In this document: piece after piece, positions 24,488-25,399 of the stretch
Numbering within the stretch: the stretch's first letter is position 1
Layout of the letters: each line of letters opens with the position of its first letter
Source of the DNA: Planctomycetota bacterium
Lineage (GTDB): Bacteria > Planctomycetota > PLA2
DNA length: 25,399 bases
Direction: 5' to 3'
Assembly (NCBI GenBank): GCA_023150495.1
Contig: JAKLKT010000002.1
Coordinates: 1-25,399 of the forward strand
Notes under the pieces: generated by a model
What the model saw: the letters and a program-made list of their open reading frames with translations, nothing else
Database searches by the model: none
What the model was told of the DNA's origin: nothing
Made by a program: the position numbers and the translations under genes

Positions 24488-24501
24488 GGGGGGCCGGGGG
24501 G
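24488..24501 (-). repeat. C-tract motif family C (reverse copy)
   Basis: GGGGGGCCGGGGGG between the ECF sigma stop and the kinase ATG. Confidence 0.45.
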
Positions 24502-24508
24502 GACGCGG

Positions 24509-25399
24509 ATGAGCGGCTGCCCCCGCTGCGGAGCCCCGCTCGAAGCGGCCGCGGTGCACGGGCTCTGCCCCCGCTGCCTGCTCGAGGCCGGTTTCGGCGC
24601 GGACGAAGGCACGCCGCCGGGCGGCTGGATGCCGCCCGACGTCGAGAGCCTGCGCCCGCTCTTCGAGGACCTCGAGGTGGTCCGGCCGTTGGGCCAGGGC
24701 GGGATGGGCGCCGTCTACGAGGCGCGCCAGAGGAAGCTCGACCGCCGCGTCGCGCTGAAGGTCCTGCCGCCCCAGCTCGGCGAAGAGCCCGGCTTTCCCG
24801 AGCGGCTCGAGCGCGAGGCCCGCACGCTGGCGAAGCTCTCCCACGGGAACATCGTCGGCATCCACGATTTCGGCAAGGCCGGCGACCTCCACTACCTCGT
24901 GATGGAGTTCGTCGACGGCAAGAGCCTGCGACAGCTGCTCGCGGACGCGCGGATGGAGGCGGCGAGGGCGGTCGAGATCGCGGTCCAGCTCTGCGACGGC
25001 CTCCACTACGCGCACGAGCAAGGCGTCATCCACAGGGACATCAAGCCCGAGAACATCCTCGTCGACTCCGGCGGCCGCGTCCGCATCGCGGACTTCGGCC
25101 TCGCCAAGCTGATCGAGGAGACGAAGACGAGCGCTCTGACCGGTCCCCATGACGTGATGGGAACCGCGCACTACATGGCGCCGGAGCAGGTCGAGCGCTC
25201 GCACGCGATCGACCGGCGCGCCGACCTCTACTCGCTCGGTGTCGTGCTCTACGAGATGCTCACCGGCCAGCTGCCGATCGGCCGGTTCCCGCCGCCGTCA
25301 CACCGCGCCCGGACCCACACCCATCTCGATGCCGTCGTTCTCGGGCTCCTGGAGCACGACCCGGGGCGGCGCCCTCCGACCGCGCTTGCCGTGAGGAAC
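24509..25399 (+). CDS. Hanks-type Ser/Thr protein kinase with N-terminal zinc-ribbon (CPRC...CPRC); runs off the window
   Basis: Manual translation: MSGCPRCGAPL..HGLCPRCLL, LGQGGMGAVY, VALKVL, YLVMEFVDG, IHRDIKPENIL, IADFGLAK, MGTAHYMAPEQ, DLYSLGVVLYEMLTG. Absent from the ORF track because no stop falls inside the window. Confidence 0.96.
   Translation, partial: MSGCPRCGAPLEAAAVHGLCPRCLLEAGFGADEGTPPGGWMPPDVESLRPLFEDLEVVRPLGQGGMGAVYEARQRKLDRRVALKVLPPQLGEEPGFPERLEREARTLAKLSHGNIVGIHDFGKAGDLHYLVMEFVDGKSLRQLLADARMEAARAVEIAVQLCDGLHYAHEQGVIHRDIKPENILVDSGGRVRIADFGLAKLIEETKTSALTGPHDVMGTAHYMAPEQVERSHAIDRRADLYSLGVVLYEMLTGQLPIGRFPPPSHRARTHTHLDAVVLGLLEHDPGRRPPTALAVRN

Noticed and set aside
1-25399. CRISPR array, IS element, prophage or rRNA
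   Set aside because: No regularly spaced repeats, transposase, integrase, phage genes or rRNA-like sequence seen. Composition looks uniform across the window.

Overview
A very GC-rich (about 70-75% by eye, not computed) chromosomal housekeeping window, most likely from a Planctomycetota/PVC-superphylum bacterium. That assignment is an inference from coaE-rho adjacency, a short GlmU, a secreted HEAT-repeat protein and a FATTRWS-type ECF sigma beside a Ser/Thr kinase. Minus-strand block 1: coiled-coil membrane protein (frameshifted), tatC, divergent ychF, cinA, tRNA-Gln(UUG), short glmU, prs, rplY. Plus strand: coaE-rho from a clear sigma70-type promoter. Minus-strand block 2: prenyltransferase/squalene-oxidase-repeat protein, MBL hydrolase, tandem USP, recG, HEAT-repeat protein, lytic transglycosylase. 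Plus strand: a tightly coupled mqnC-mqnE-moaD-ispG-moaE-ppsR operon, then an ECF sigma factor and a Hanks-type kinase (truncated by the window edge). I see no IS, prophage, CRISPR or rRNA. The most unusual signals are: (i) the last A of the tRNA-Gln CCA is also the A of the glmU ATG, and the tRNA+glmU unit is bracketed by an exact 8-bp inverted repeat; (ii) a two-copy composite intergenic element (spaced palindrome plus hairpin with a compensatory base pair); (iii) double C/G-tract motifs recurring just after stop codons; (iv) moaD and moaE interleaved with menaquinone and isoprenoid genes; (v) a frameshift or deletion in the coiled-coil gene. Most long ORFs in the supplied track are GC-rich shadow ORFs.
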